Shown here piece after piece: positions 22,414-32,763 of a DNA stretch of 64,000 bases. The position numbers and the translations under genes are program-made. How positions within the stretch are numbered: position 1 is the first letter of the stretch; each line of letters opens with the position of its first letter. The DNA is taken from assembly GCA_963813715.1 (NCBI GenBank), contig CAWFAK010000008.1, positions 512,001 through 576,000 of the forward strand. Direction: 5' to 3'. The notes below the pieces were generated by a model. That model did no database searches. It worked only from the letters and a program-made list of their open reading frames with translations, and had not been told where the DNA came from. The stretch comes from an uncultured Planctomycetaceae bacterium. GTDB taxonomy: Bacteria > Planctomycetota > Planctomycetia > Planctomycetales > Planctomycetaceae.

Positions 22414-23059
22414 ATGTATGACGGCGGCGAAACGACCGAGTTTCAGCTTCTGCTCGATCGCTGGGCGGCCGGTGACGTAGCGGCTCGTGATCGGCTGCTC
22501 GAGCGGGCCGGCCAGCGATTGCTCGCGCTCACGCGGCGGATGTTGCGGGGTTATCCGCATCTGCAGCGCTGGGAACAGACGGACGACGTCTTTCAAAGTG
22601 CCGTGCTGCGGCTGTATCGCTCGCTGGGAGACGTGCGGCCCGAATCGATCGGGCAGTTCTTCGGTCTGGCGACGACTCAGATTCGCCGCACGCTGATCGA
22701 TCTGGCCCGGCATCACTTCGGTCCAGAGGGAGCGGCCGCCCGGCACCAGAGCAGCATTGCCGACCAGCAACGCACGGACTGCGCGGAGCGATGCGGCACC
22801 CGCGCGTGCCGACGAGCGGCCCGAAACGCTCGACGCCTGGGCGCGTTTTCACGAGGCCGTCGAGTCGCTCCCCCACGACGAACGCGATGTCTTCAGTCTG
22901 ATCTGGTACGGCGAAGCCACCCAGCGCGAGGCGGCCGAGCTGTTCGGCGTGACCGAGCGAACCATTCTGCGGCGATTGGTGCGGGCCCGGCTGCTGTTGC
23001 ACGAATCTCTCAAGAATGTCCGCGAGTGTTTTGAGGAGGCCAATCATCATGGCGCTTGA
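22414..23059 (+). CDS. ECF RNA polymerase sigma factor, kinase-associated type (frameshift ~22790)
   Basis: Sigma2: ARDRLL...RWEQTDDVFQSAVLRL...IRRTLIDLAR. Sigma4: LPHDERDVFSL..YGEATQREAAELFGVTERTILRR. Overlaps the start of the kinase. Confidence 0.88.
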
Positions 23060-26000
23060 CGATCGACTGAGCGATTTGCTCGTGGACTGGGAACAAAGCC
23101 AGCGCGACGGCCGCGAGACGACGCCCGAGGAACTGTGCAGGGACGCCCCCGATCTCTTGCCCGTCGTCCGCGAGTCGATCGATTCGCTCAAAGCGACGCG
23201 CTGGATGTTCGCGCCGATCCGAGTGAGCCGAACGGCGTGTGCGGTTACGACGCCTCGCGAGCCGCCCTGCACGACACCGAGCTGCCCGCCTCGCATCTGA
23301 CGGTCGAGCAGTTCGCCGCCTCGATCTTTCAAAGCGGCCTGCTGTCGGCCGACGAGATCGCGGAGCTCAACCAGCGACTGGCCGCCAGCGACCTGCCCGG
23401 GCGAGGCGCGGCGAAATCGCCTCGCGGCTGGTGACCGAAGGCAAACTCACGCGGTACCAGGCGTCGGTGCTGCTCAAGGCGTCGAAGGATCCGCTGCTCG
23501 TCGACAACTACGTGATTCTCGACACGCTCGACACGGGCGGCATGGGGCTTGTCTTCAAGGCCCTGCACCGCTCGATGAACCGCGTCGTCGCCCTCAAGCT
23601 GCTGCCGGCCGCGATGATGGCCGCCCGCGACACGGTGAAGCGGTTTCAGCGCGAAGTGCAGGCGGCCGCTTCGCTCTCCCATCCCAACATCGTCGCCGCG
23701 TACGACGCCGACGAATCGGCCGAAGATCGCCTACCTGGTGCTCGAATACGTCGAAGGGACAAACCTGTTCCGCCTCGTGAAAGAGCACGGGCCGCTACCC
23801 GTCGCCCGAGCGTGCAACTACGTGCGGCAAGCAGCGCACCGGTCTGGCTTATCTGCATTCGCGGGGCATCATTCATCGCGACGTCAAGCCGGCCAACTTG
23901 ATCCTGGCAAACGACGGCACGGTCAAGCTGCTCGACATGGGGCTCGTGCGGTTCGCGTCGTCCGAGGATTTGTCGAGCGTCGAGACCGACCAGGAACTGA
24001 CGCAGGCGGGCATCGTGATCGGCACCGTCGCCTACATGTCCCCCGAGCAGGCCCTCGACACCCGATCGGCCGACCAGCGCTCCGACATTTACAGCCTGGG
24101 CTGCACGCTCTTCTTCCTGCTCACCGGCCGCTCGCTTTACCACGAAGAAACCGGCATGAAGACGCTCTTGGCGCATCGCGAGCAGGCCGTGCCGTCGATC
24201 CGCGAGTTCTGCGAGGACGCCCCGGTCTCGCTCGACGCCGTCTTTCGCACGATGGTCGCCAAACGTCCCGCCGACCGGCTGCAGTCGATGACTGAAATTG
24301 TCGCCGCGCTCGACGCGTGTGTGCCAGGACTGGCCACGAATTCACCGGCGGCGGTCGCTCCGCGACACGCTTTGAACGTGCGTCCGATCCCCGACTCTTG
24401 GCGTCGTCGGTGGAAGCGCTTGCGGTCCAGCCCGCTGCGAATCGCGCTGGCGATCGCCGTCGTCGCCGCCATCGCGGCAGGTGGGGTCTATTTCGCCGGC
24501 ACTCTGATTCGGATCAAGAGCAGCAAGGGGACAATGGACATCTATGTCGACGACCCGAAGGCCAGCGTGGAGGTGACGCCCGGCGTTACCGCGCCGAACG
24601 GCGTCGCGCAGTTCGACAATCGGCACACCGCCCCGCCGACCGCCGACCCGTTCGATAAGCAGCGCGAGATCGAGAGACGCCAGTCGAAGATCCAGGAGCT
24701 GGAGGTCGAAAACCAGCGATTGCGCTCGGAAGCCGACGCCGTGCGTAACCGCGGCCGGATAGTCACAAACGGATTTCCAGCGCGGCAGCGACCCGAAGCG
24801 GGACCGGAACCCTTCATCGTTCCGCTACGCCAAGCCCCCAGCGTCGATCGGCAGGTGGCCCAGTGGCTGTTTAGCTTTCCCGGCACGCTCATTTGGCTTC
24901 ACGGAGAAGTCCAGGCGCCGCTGCAGAGCATGCGACAGTTTCCGGAAGGAGACGCGGATCGAGGGAATCTTCTGCAGGCGACTGGCGAGGCCCATTCGCT
25001 ACAGTGAGCAGGACGTCGAGCGATTGGCGGCGCTTTCCGAATTAAGGTGGTTGAGCATCGACAGTCCCACCGTGACCGATGCCTTTGTCGTCCGTCTGAA
25101 GCCGCTCAAGGCGCTCAGAGGGCTCTCTCTGGAGGGGGCGAAGATCACGGACGAGTGCTTGCCCGCGCTAGCCGGCATGACCCACTTGTCGAGCCTGAAC
25201 TTGAGCGGCGCTCAAGAAATCACCGACGCAGGCCTGACGCATCTGGCCGCCCTCAAGTCGTTGAACGCCCCGAATCCAGCGGCGGAGGGCGGCAGCAGCG
25301 AATTGCCTCCCTGGCTGCGAATGGAAATCGCGCGGCGGCCCCGCCCGAGTCTTGTGCTCGATAGCACACGGACAACGGAAGCCGGGCTGCTCAAACTCCA
25401 GCAAGCACTTCCCAATTGCGCCATCTACGCGTCGCATATTTATCCGGGAAGCAGCGTCGCCGGTCTGCCGCTTCCGCCGCGAGTCGGCTCCTCCGACCGC
25501 GACTGGGCGATCTGGATCTTGAGCCACTACATGAACGGCCGCATTTACACTGATCTCGATTCCGATACCGCCGTATTTAAGCCACAGGATCTGCCGCCGA
25601 TCGAATTCCACATTGAACGGATTGGTTTTGGGGCGACCGATTTCGTGGTCCCTGTGTTGAACGAGTTCCTGTTTCGGCGCTTCGCCGAACTGTCGCACCT
25701 CCGCGCCCTGCAGATTGACCAAAAGGTGCCGGGCGCGAATTGAGCGGCCTGGCGGCAATCAAGTCGCTGCGATCGCTCGGGCTCGGCGAAGGAAGTGCCG
25801 GCGACGACTCCCTGCGGCCGCTGGCAGCGCTCACCGGGCTGACCACGCTCACGGTGCAAGGGAGCGACATCACGGATGAGGGGCTCAAGTCGTTGGCCCC
25901 ACTCAAGGGCCTCGCGCAGCTCGTGCTCGACGGTCGCGCCCGCAACCTGCACGGCACGGGCTTCGAAGCTCTCGTCGGCAACACCGCGCTCCGCAGCCTC

Positions 26001-29000
26001 GATCTCACGGGAGCGGGCATCGAAGATGACGGTGCGCGTCAAATCGCTCGCCTGACGGGCCTTGAGTCACTCAACCTGGCCGAGACGTGGATCGGCGGCA
26101 CGGGGCTGGCCGAACTGTCCAAACTCAAACACCTCAAGTCGGTGAAGCTCAGGTTTTGCCGGCGACTCCGCTCGGCCGATCTCGCCCCCCTCGTCGAACT
26201 GCCCGCGCTCGAGGACCTCAGGCTGACCGACTGCCGCATCAACGACACCGCTGTCGACACGCTGAAGAAGCTCACGAATCTACGAACATTGAACGTCGAT
26301 GGCACGGGCATGTCGGCCGACGCGATCGGCGGACTCCAGCGGACGCTCCCGCGTCATTCCGGCACCGCAGGCCCTGCGGGCCAAACCCAGGTGAATCCGA
26401 CCATTCGGTTGCCGCAGTCGGGCCTCGGACGGGCCTCGTCCGCTGCCGGAGCCCAAACGGGGCAAATCCCTGGAGCTGGATCGGAGAGCTTCGTCGTCCC
26501 GCGACCTCAACCCTCCGTGCCCAGTGTCGATCGGCAGGTGGCGCAATGGCTGCTGAACTTTCCGGGGACGCTCATCTTTCTGCAACGCGAGTCCGGAAGG
26601 CCGATCCAGAGCATCGAACAATTCCCCGCCGGCAACCATCCAATCGAGGCCATCTTTGTGGGATTGGGCCAAAAACTCCCCATCAGGTACCAGGATGCAG
26701 ACGTTGACCGCCTGGCTTCACTGCCCGAATTGAAATGGCTGAGTCTCCACAGCGCCACCGTGAACGATGCCTTTGTCGTGCGGCTCAAGGGCCTCAAAGG
26801 GTTAGAAGGTCTCTCCTTGGGGGTGCAAATGTGACCGACGAGTGCTTGCCGGCCCTGGCCGAAATGACGCACCTTTCGAGCCTGGACCTGAGCGGATGCG
26901 GGGGCATCACGGATGCCGGCCTCAAGCACCTGGCCGTCCTTAAATCGCTCAACGATGCCAACCGCAGTATCCACCGAGGCGATATCAAAAACTGGCTCCG
27001 ACTGAGATTGTCCGGAAGGCCACTTCCGTCGCTCGTGCTCGACAGTACGCAAACGACTGAGGCCGGGCTGCTCAAGCTCCAGAAGTTCCTGCCGGCCTGC
27101 GCGATTTACGCGTCGCACATTTATCCCGGCGTAGGGTTGACCAATCTGCCCCTTCCACCGGAGCCCGGCTCCTCGGACTGCGCTTGGGCGGAATGGATTC
27201 TCGAGGCATTTCCCAAGATGCAAGGTATCGACTGATATCGATCCCGACAGGGTCTTCGCCAGGATCCAAGACCTGCCGCCGACTGAATTTCACATCGAGC
27301 GGATCAGTTTCGGCCCAATCGACAGCCAGGAGTACGGCTCCGGTCTCGATGCGTTCCTGTTTCGACGCTTGGGCGACCTCTCGCACCTCCGGGGCCTGCA
27401 GATCGATCGAAAAGTGATGGCGCGGGACCTGGGCGGGCTGGCGGCCATCAAGTCGCTGCAAATGCTCGAACTCGGCGCAGGCAACGTCGGCGACGATTCC
27501 CTTGAGCAGGTGGCGGCGCTCACTAGTCTGAAAACCCTCGTGGTCCGAGGGAGCGACATCACGGATCAGGGACTTAAGTCGTTGGCCCCACTGAAGGAAC
27601 TGACGCAACTCATGCTCGACGGTCACTCCCAAAACCTGAACGGCAAGGGCTTCGAGGCCCTCGTTGGGATCACCACCCTGCGGAATCTCAATGTCAGTGG
27701 AGCGGGCATCGATGACGATGGGGTCCGCCAGATCGCGCAGCTCGCCGGTCTGGAAAAACTCGACCTGTCCGAAACCGGCATCAGCGGCAAGGGATTGGCG
27801 GAGCTGGCCCGACTCAAACACCTCAAGTCCCTGAATCTCAGATTTTGCCGGGCCATGCGCTCAGCCGATCTCGCCCCACTCGTCGAGTTGCCGGCGCTCG
27901 AGGACCTCTCGCTGGCCGACTGCCGCATCAACGACGAAGCGGCCGACACGCTCAAAAAGCTCAACAAATTGCGGACATTGAATGTCGACCGAACCGGAAT
28001 GTCGTCTGACGTGATTCGTGAACTTCAGCGGACGATTCCGAAGACGCGCGTCTCACCGGCGGGTGTCCAGATCCAGGCGACTCCGGGAGGTCCAAGGAAA
28101 AACTCGACCGCATTTTGACAACTCGCAAGTCCGCTCGCCCGCTCGGCCGGCGGCGATCGTCGGCAAAACTGAGAATGAGATCTCCGACCGGCGTGAGCTG
28201 TTCGGCAACTCGCGGACCCGCGGGCCAAAACCTGGGTCGTCCGATGTCGACTGGGCCACCTGGCTGCTCAACGCCAATCCGCAGGAATTCACTTGCCAGG
28301 TGTTCGTCGACGTCGATCCGAAGCTCACCATCACTCGAACGAGCGATCTCCCTCCAATCAACTTCCACATTCAGAAACTCCGGTTCGGGCAGCCGGGCGA
28401 CTCTAAGGGATTGCCCATGACCGCTTCCTTCTTCGAGAGACTGGCCGACCTGACTCAACTTCAGACGCTACAAATGTATGGCGAGGTCCCGACGAAGGAG
28501 CTGCGCGGCCTAGTCGCGCTCAAATCGCTGCACGCGCTGGCGATTCATGACGCCAGCGCCGGCGACGACGCTCTCGGGGCGATCTGCGCCATGACTCATC
28601 TCGAAAAGTTGGTCTTTGACAGCGGGGCGATCACCGATGGGGGACTCAAGTCATTGGGCTCGCTGAAGGAACTCACGGAGTTGTCACTGCCCGGTTGCGC
28701 CCGGAACCTGCATGGCACGGGTTTCGAGGCCTTGAGAGACATTACCACGTTGCGGATGCTCCGCGTCGCCGGGTCGGGCATTGACGACGACGGGGCGAAG
28801 CAAATCGGCAAGCTCGTCACTTTGGAGCAGCTTGACCTGGCGCACACGTGGATCAGCGTCAAGGGGCTCGCGGACCTCGCGGGTCTCACGAATCTCAAGT
28901 TGCTGAATCTCAGCCGCTGCCAGCGTTTGCGGGCGACCGACATGGCCCCCCTTGCCGGAATTTCCTCGCTGGAGGTCGTCTCGCTCAACGGATGTCGGAT

Positions 29001-29148
29001 CGGTGATAGGGCCGTCGACGCACTGAAAAAGCTTCCGAAGCTTAAGTTTCTGCAGCTGGACAATACGGACGTGACACCAGCAGCGATTCGCATGCTCCGG
29101 GACACGCTCCGGCAAGCACGAGTCGTATCGCCGGCGCTGGCAAACTAG
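23049..29148 (+). CDS. Hanks-type Ser/Thr kinase with single TM segment and large duplicated LRR ectodomain (about 9 apparent frameshifts; ~2000 aa if joined)
   Basis: Kinase motifs GGMGLVFKA, VALKLL, HPNIV, HRDVKPANL, LLDMGL, GTVAYMSPEQ, DIYSLG; TM IALAIAVVAAIAAGGVYF; LRR consensus LxxLxxLxLxxxxIxDxGL in consecutive overlapping ORFs to 29148. Fusion into one gene is inferred. Confidence 0.78.
24811..28050 (+). repeat. Intragenic tandem duplication of ~1.7 kb (about 24811-26350 and 26490-28050), plus a third partial copy at 28230-29148
   Basis: Shared anchors SVDRQVAQWL..FPGTLI, PSLVLDST.TTEAGLLKLQ..LP.CAIYASHIYPG, LRFCR..RSADLAPLVELPALEDL.L.DCRIND. Confidence 0.9.
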
Positions 29149-29204
29149 CCGCGACAGTTTTGTCGGGCGTTGTGCCTGCCGATGGTTCGGACAGAAGCCG
29201 GGAC

Positions 29205-29225
29205 GGCACGCTCAGCGTGCCCTAT
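29205..29225. repeat. Single REP-like palindrome
   Basis: GGCACGCTCAGCGTGCCCTAT (reverse: ATAGGGCACGCTGAGCGTGCC), abutting MITE copy 2. Confidence 0.5.
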
Positions 29226-29360
29226 TGGTCCGTCCATCGCTATCTGACAGGTATGGGTGCCATGCCCACGGCTCGCCGGGGGCATGTTTTCCGCTGCGAA
29301 TCGCGCATGCCCACCGAAACCAGTGGGCATGGCACCCGACATTTACTGGTAGACGCACTG
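29226..29360. repeat. Palindromic MITE/REP-like element, copy 2
   Basis: GGGTGCCATGCCCAC...GTGGGCATGGCACCC; homologous to 11754-11886 over its whole length. Confidence 0.8.
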
Positions 29361-29405
29361 CTACCCGGGCTATGGCACCATGCCGGGGAAGACGGATCGC
29401 CGCCC

Positions 29406-30806
29406 CTAGCGTCCCAACACATGCCGCAGCGCCGATTCCAGCTCGGGATGGCGGAACGGGTAGCCCGTTTCTTCGAGCCTGCTAGGCACGACGCGGATAC
29501 TCGCCAACAGCAGCTCGTCGGCCATTTCGCCTAGGGCTAATCGCGCGAGGAAGGCGGGCAAAGGGAAGATTGTGGGCCGCCGCAGGACATGGCCGAGCGT
29601 TTTCGTGAAGTCGCGATTGGTCACCGGATTGGGCGCGACGACGTTGACCGGGCCGTTGAGCGTGTCGCAGGTGATTGCGTGGTGGATGGCCCCGACGACG
29701 TCGTCGATGGCGATCCAGCTCATGTATTGCCTGCCGCTGCCGATCACGCCGCCGCCACCGAGCTTGAACGGTGTGAGCATCTTGGCGAGTGCGCCGCCCG
29801 CGGGCGACAGCACAATGCCAAATCGGACGTTGACGACGCGAATACCGCGCGGTCGCACGCTCTCGGTGATCGCCTCCCAGTCTTTGCACAAGTCGGCCAA
29901 AAATCCGCTGCCCCCTTCGAACCGCTCGTCGAGTAATTCGTCGCCGCGGTCTCCGTAGAAGCCGATGGCCGACGCGCAAACGAGCGTCTTCGGCGGTTTC
30001 TGCAGGCGATTGATCGCGTCGCACAAGAGGCGCGTGCCGTCGAGGCGACTGTCGCGAATTCGCTTCTTGGTCCGCTCGTTCCAGCGGGACGAGATATTTT
30101 CGCCGGCCAGGTGGACGATGGCGTCGTGCCCTTCGAGCCCGTCCTGATCGATGGTGCCCAGCACCGGGTCCCAGCGGACGGCGGGGCCGCTCGCCCTGTC
30201 GCGGCGGACGAGCCGCGTGACGCTGTGCCCGCCGGTCGTCAAAAAGGGGATCAACGATCCGCCGATGAGGCCGCCGGAACCCGAGACGACAATTCTCATG
30301 CAATCCGTCCCCGTCAGCGCCCGCGCTTTGAGATGTGCATTGAGGTCGGCAGCCAGCGTCTGGTGCCGATAACGAAATGTCGCTTCGAGCTTGCGTCGGA
30401 CGAACCGGCCGCCCAGCCACTTCCCGACGAGGCCGAACGGCAGGGTGTACTCGATCCGGTCCTCCATCCAGGAGGCGTCGTCGGCTGCGTGCTCGATTGA
30501 AGTGGCGGGCTCGATTGTATGCGTATGTTCCCAGCGGGCAAACGGGCCGCGAACCTGGACGTCGCGAAATTGGCGACCGGGCACGAAGCCATGATGCTCG
30601 GCCGTCCAACGCCGCCAGAACGGGCCGACCGCCACGTCGATTTCCGCCCGCGACCTCTCGCCGAGCGGCTGGCCATCCGAGACAAGCCGCATTCGCTCCC
30701 ACGGGGGCGCAAACCGCGCGAAGGCCCCCGACCGCATGTGCCACGCATAAACGTCGGCCGCCGACGCCGGCAGACGCGAACGATAGACGAACGTCTCAAC
30801 CTTCAT
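29406..30806 (-). CDS. SRPBCC domain fused to TIGR01777 NAD-dependent epimerase-like oxidoreductase
   Basis: N-terminal FRDVQVRGPFARWEHTH...MEDRIEY; C-terminal VSGSGGLIG, VHLAGENI, CASAIGFYG, GSGRQYMSWI. Confidence 0.92.
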   Translation of the reverse strand: MKVETFVYRSRLPASAADVYAWHMRSGAFARFAPPWERMRLVSDGQPLGERSRAEIDVAVGPFWRRWTAEHHGFVPGRQFRDVQVRGPFARWEHTHTIEPATSIEHAADDASWMEDRIEYTLPFGLVGKWLGGRFVRRKLEATFRYRHQTLAADLNAHLKARALTGTDCMRIVVSGSGGLIGGSLIPFLTTGGHSVTRLVRRDRASGPAVRWDPVLGTIDQDGLEGHDAIVHLAGENISSRWNERTKKRIRDSRLDGTRLLCDAINRLQKPPKTLVCASAIGFYGDRGDELLDERFEGGSGFLADLCKDWEAITESVRPRGIRVVNVRFGIVLSPAGGALAKMLTPFKLGGGGVIGSGRQYMSWIAIDDVVGAIHHAITCDTLNGPVNVVAPNPVTNRDFTKTLGHVLRRPTIFPLPAFLARLALGEMADELLLASIRVVPSRLEETGYPFRHPELESALRHVLGR

Positions 30807-30816
30807 TTCGGGCACT

Positions 30817-31548
30817 TCATTCAGGGCACTCGTGGGCCGATGTCGGGTCAAGCGCAAGCCGCAACCGTGCGACCGCGCCGGCCGTCGTTACGCGGGCCCA
30901 TTCTTTGCTAAGTCCATGTGCGGCCGCCAGCTCGCGAAAAGTTTGCGGTTGTTCGTGCTGATTGAGGCCGAAGCGAGCGGCGAGCAAAGCCCGCTCACGA
31001 TCAGGGAGTGCGGCCAGGTGCTGGTCCAGTCGTTTCAGCTCCTCGCGCTGGGCGAGCCCGGCACCGGCCTCGGTCTGCGGAGGCAGCGGCAGCCAGTGCG
31101 GGGGTGTCCGCGACAGCGATTGCATGGTTCGCCGCCGCTCGCGCTTGCGGAGGCGCACGAAGTGATGGGTCAATGCCCGCGTCGCGTAGGTGCTGAAGCG
31201 GGTGCCGCGGCCGGCGTCAAACCGCTCGACACAGCGGAGCAACAAAATCGAGGCTTCGCTCACCAGATCCTCCAGCGACTGTTGCGGGCTGGCGAAACGC
31301 TTGGCCACGGAGACGACCAATCGCAGGTTCGACAGCGCGATCCGGTTGCGGATGGCCGTGGCCCGCGCCCTCGACGTCGTGTGGCGGCCGTCGCCTTTTC
31401 GCCGGCAAACGGCCTTGCCCGGTAGGGCCGACGCTTCCCGTGCCTCTTTGAGATACCGGAAGAGTCGCCGCTCTTCGCCCGCGGCCAAGAGGTCGCACTC
31501 GCACAGCTTTGCCAGGGCCAGACTGGGCCGTCTCACGGATGTGCGCAT
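30817..31548 (-). CDS. Sigma-70 family sigma factor (regions 1.2, 2 and 4; region 3 reduced)
   Basis: LLAAGEE, SNLRLVVSVAKRF, ERFDAGRGTRFSTYAT, LPDRER..RFGL..TFRELA; GAAGGAGA RBS upstream. Confidence 0.88.
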   Translation of the reverse strand: MRTSVRRPSLALAKLCECDLLAAGEERRLFRYLKEAREASALPGKAVCRRKGDGRHTTSRARATAIRNRIALSNLRLVVSVAKRFASPQQSLEDLVSEASILLLRCVERFDAGRGTRFSTYATRALTHHFVRLRKRERRRTMQSLSRTPPHWLPLPPQTEAGAGLAQREELKRLDQHLAALPDRERALLAARFGLNQHEQPQTFRELAAAHGLSKEWARVTTAGAVARLRLALDPTSAHECPE

Positions 31549-31686
31549 CGCGGCTTTCTCCTTCCATCCAGCAAACCGCAAAGCAGTCCGTGGCCTTAAC
31601 GGGAAAAACGAAGATTTTTCTGATCCGGCTGTCGGCACCTCATCTGCCCGTCCTGCCGTCGCCGAAGCCCGATTGCCTTGCAGTCT

Positions 31687-31703
31687 TGCAAGTCGCGGGC
31701 CGA
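31687..31703 (-). promoter_or_regulatory. Putative sigma54 (-24/-12) promoter upstream of the sigma-70 gene
   Basis: The minus strand reads TCGGCCCGCGACTTGCA, i.e. GG-N10-GC with TTGCA. Confidence 0.45.
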
Positions 31704-31790
31704 ACCTGGATGCTAAATTTCCGTGACGGCTGATTCCGCGGGACGGCTCGGCAGCAGACAGCCGAACGCTGGTGAAGGGATAACTGTCGG

Positions 31791-32711
31791 ATGCTCGATC
31801 GCCGAGAATTTCTGCAAATCGGTTCCGTGGGAGCGCTCTCGCTGGCGGCAGGGGCTGGCAGCGAGCGGAGAAACGGGTCGCGATTCGGCCGCAATTACGC
31901 CCCGCATCTGGGCTTGTTTCGCCATCACGCGGGGCTCGATCCGCTCGAACAAATTCGGTTTGTCGCCGACGAGGGCTTTCGCTCGCTCGAGGACACGGGT
32001 CTGCGGGCGAAGCCGATCGCGTTGCAGCGGCAGATAGGCCGGGAGCTGACCCGGCGCGGCCTGTCGCTGGTCTGCTTCACCGGCGTGGCCGAGTTCGGTC
32101 GCCCCACGTTTGCCTCCGGCCGACCGGAGCTGCGGCAAGCCGTCCTGCGTGACCTGCGGCTGGCGATCGAGGCTGCCGAACGGGTCGGGGCGCGGCAACT
32201 GAGCATCGTGCCGGGCAAACGGGAAGTGGCCCTCGATCCGAGCACGCAGCAGCGACATGCCCTCGACTTGTTGCACCGCTGCGCGGATGTCTGCGAGCCG
32301 CACGGAGTCACGCTGTTACTCGAGCCCATCGACTACGGGCCCGGTCATTCGCGGCTCTTTCTGCGATCGGCCCGCGATGCGGCGGCCTTGTGCCGTTCGG
32401 TCGGCCGGTCGTCGTGCCGCGTGCTGATCGACGTTTATCAGCAAGCGGTCGCCGGCGAAGATGTGCCGGCCTTGTTGACCGACGTAGGCGACGTGCTGGG
32501 GCACGTACAGCTGGGTGATTATCCCGGCCGCAAAGAACCCGGATCGGGCGAGCTCGATTTTCGCAGATTGCTGGGGACGCTCGACGCCGTCGGCTACCGG
32601 GGAGCTCTCGGCATGGAGCACGGGACGACGCTCGCCGGGCGACCCGGCGAACGGGCCGTCATTGACGCGTATGTCGCGATCGATCGCATGGCGCCGGCTA
32701 CGCACTGTTAA
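31791..32711 (+). CDS. Tat-exported hydroxypyruvate isomerase-like TIM barrel (xylose isomerase-like)
   Basis: DRREFLQ Tat motif; LLEPI, LIDVYQ, HVQLGDYPGRKEPGSGELD, GMEH. Confidence 0.87.
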   Translation: MLDRREFLQIGSVGALSLAAGAGSERRNGSRFGRNYAPHLGLFRHHAGLDPLEQIRFVADEGFRSLEDTGLRAKPIALQRQIGRELTRRGLSLVCFTGVAEFGRPTFASGRPELRQAVLRDLRLAIEAAERVGARQLSIVPGKREVALDPSTQQRHALDLLHRCADVCEPHGVTLLLEPIDYGPGHSRLFLRSARDAAALCRSVGRSSCRVLIDVYQQAVAGEDVPALLTDVGDVLGHVQLGDYPGRKEPGSGELDFRRLLGTLDAVGYRGALGMEHGTTLAGRPGERAVIDAYVAIDRMAPATHC

Positions 32712-32763
32712 TCGGTGATCTCCGGGGGCTCACGCCCCCGGCTCGGATGTGCGCGAGCGACGC

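Noticed and set aside
24811..28050. DGR template/variable repeat pair or assembly duplication
   Set aside because: No reverse transcriptase; differences are not adenine-specific; the copies are too diverged for a misassembly.
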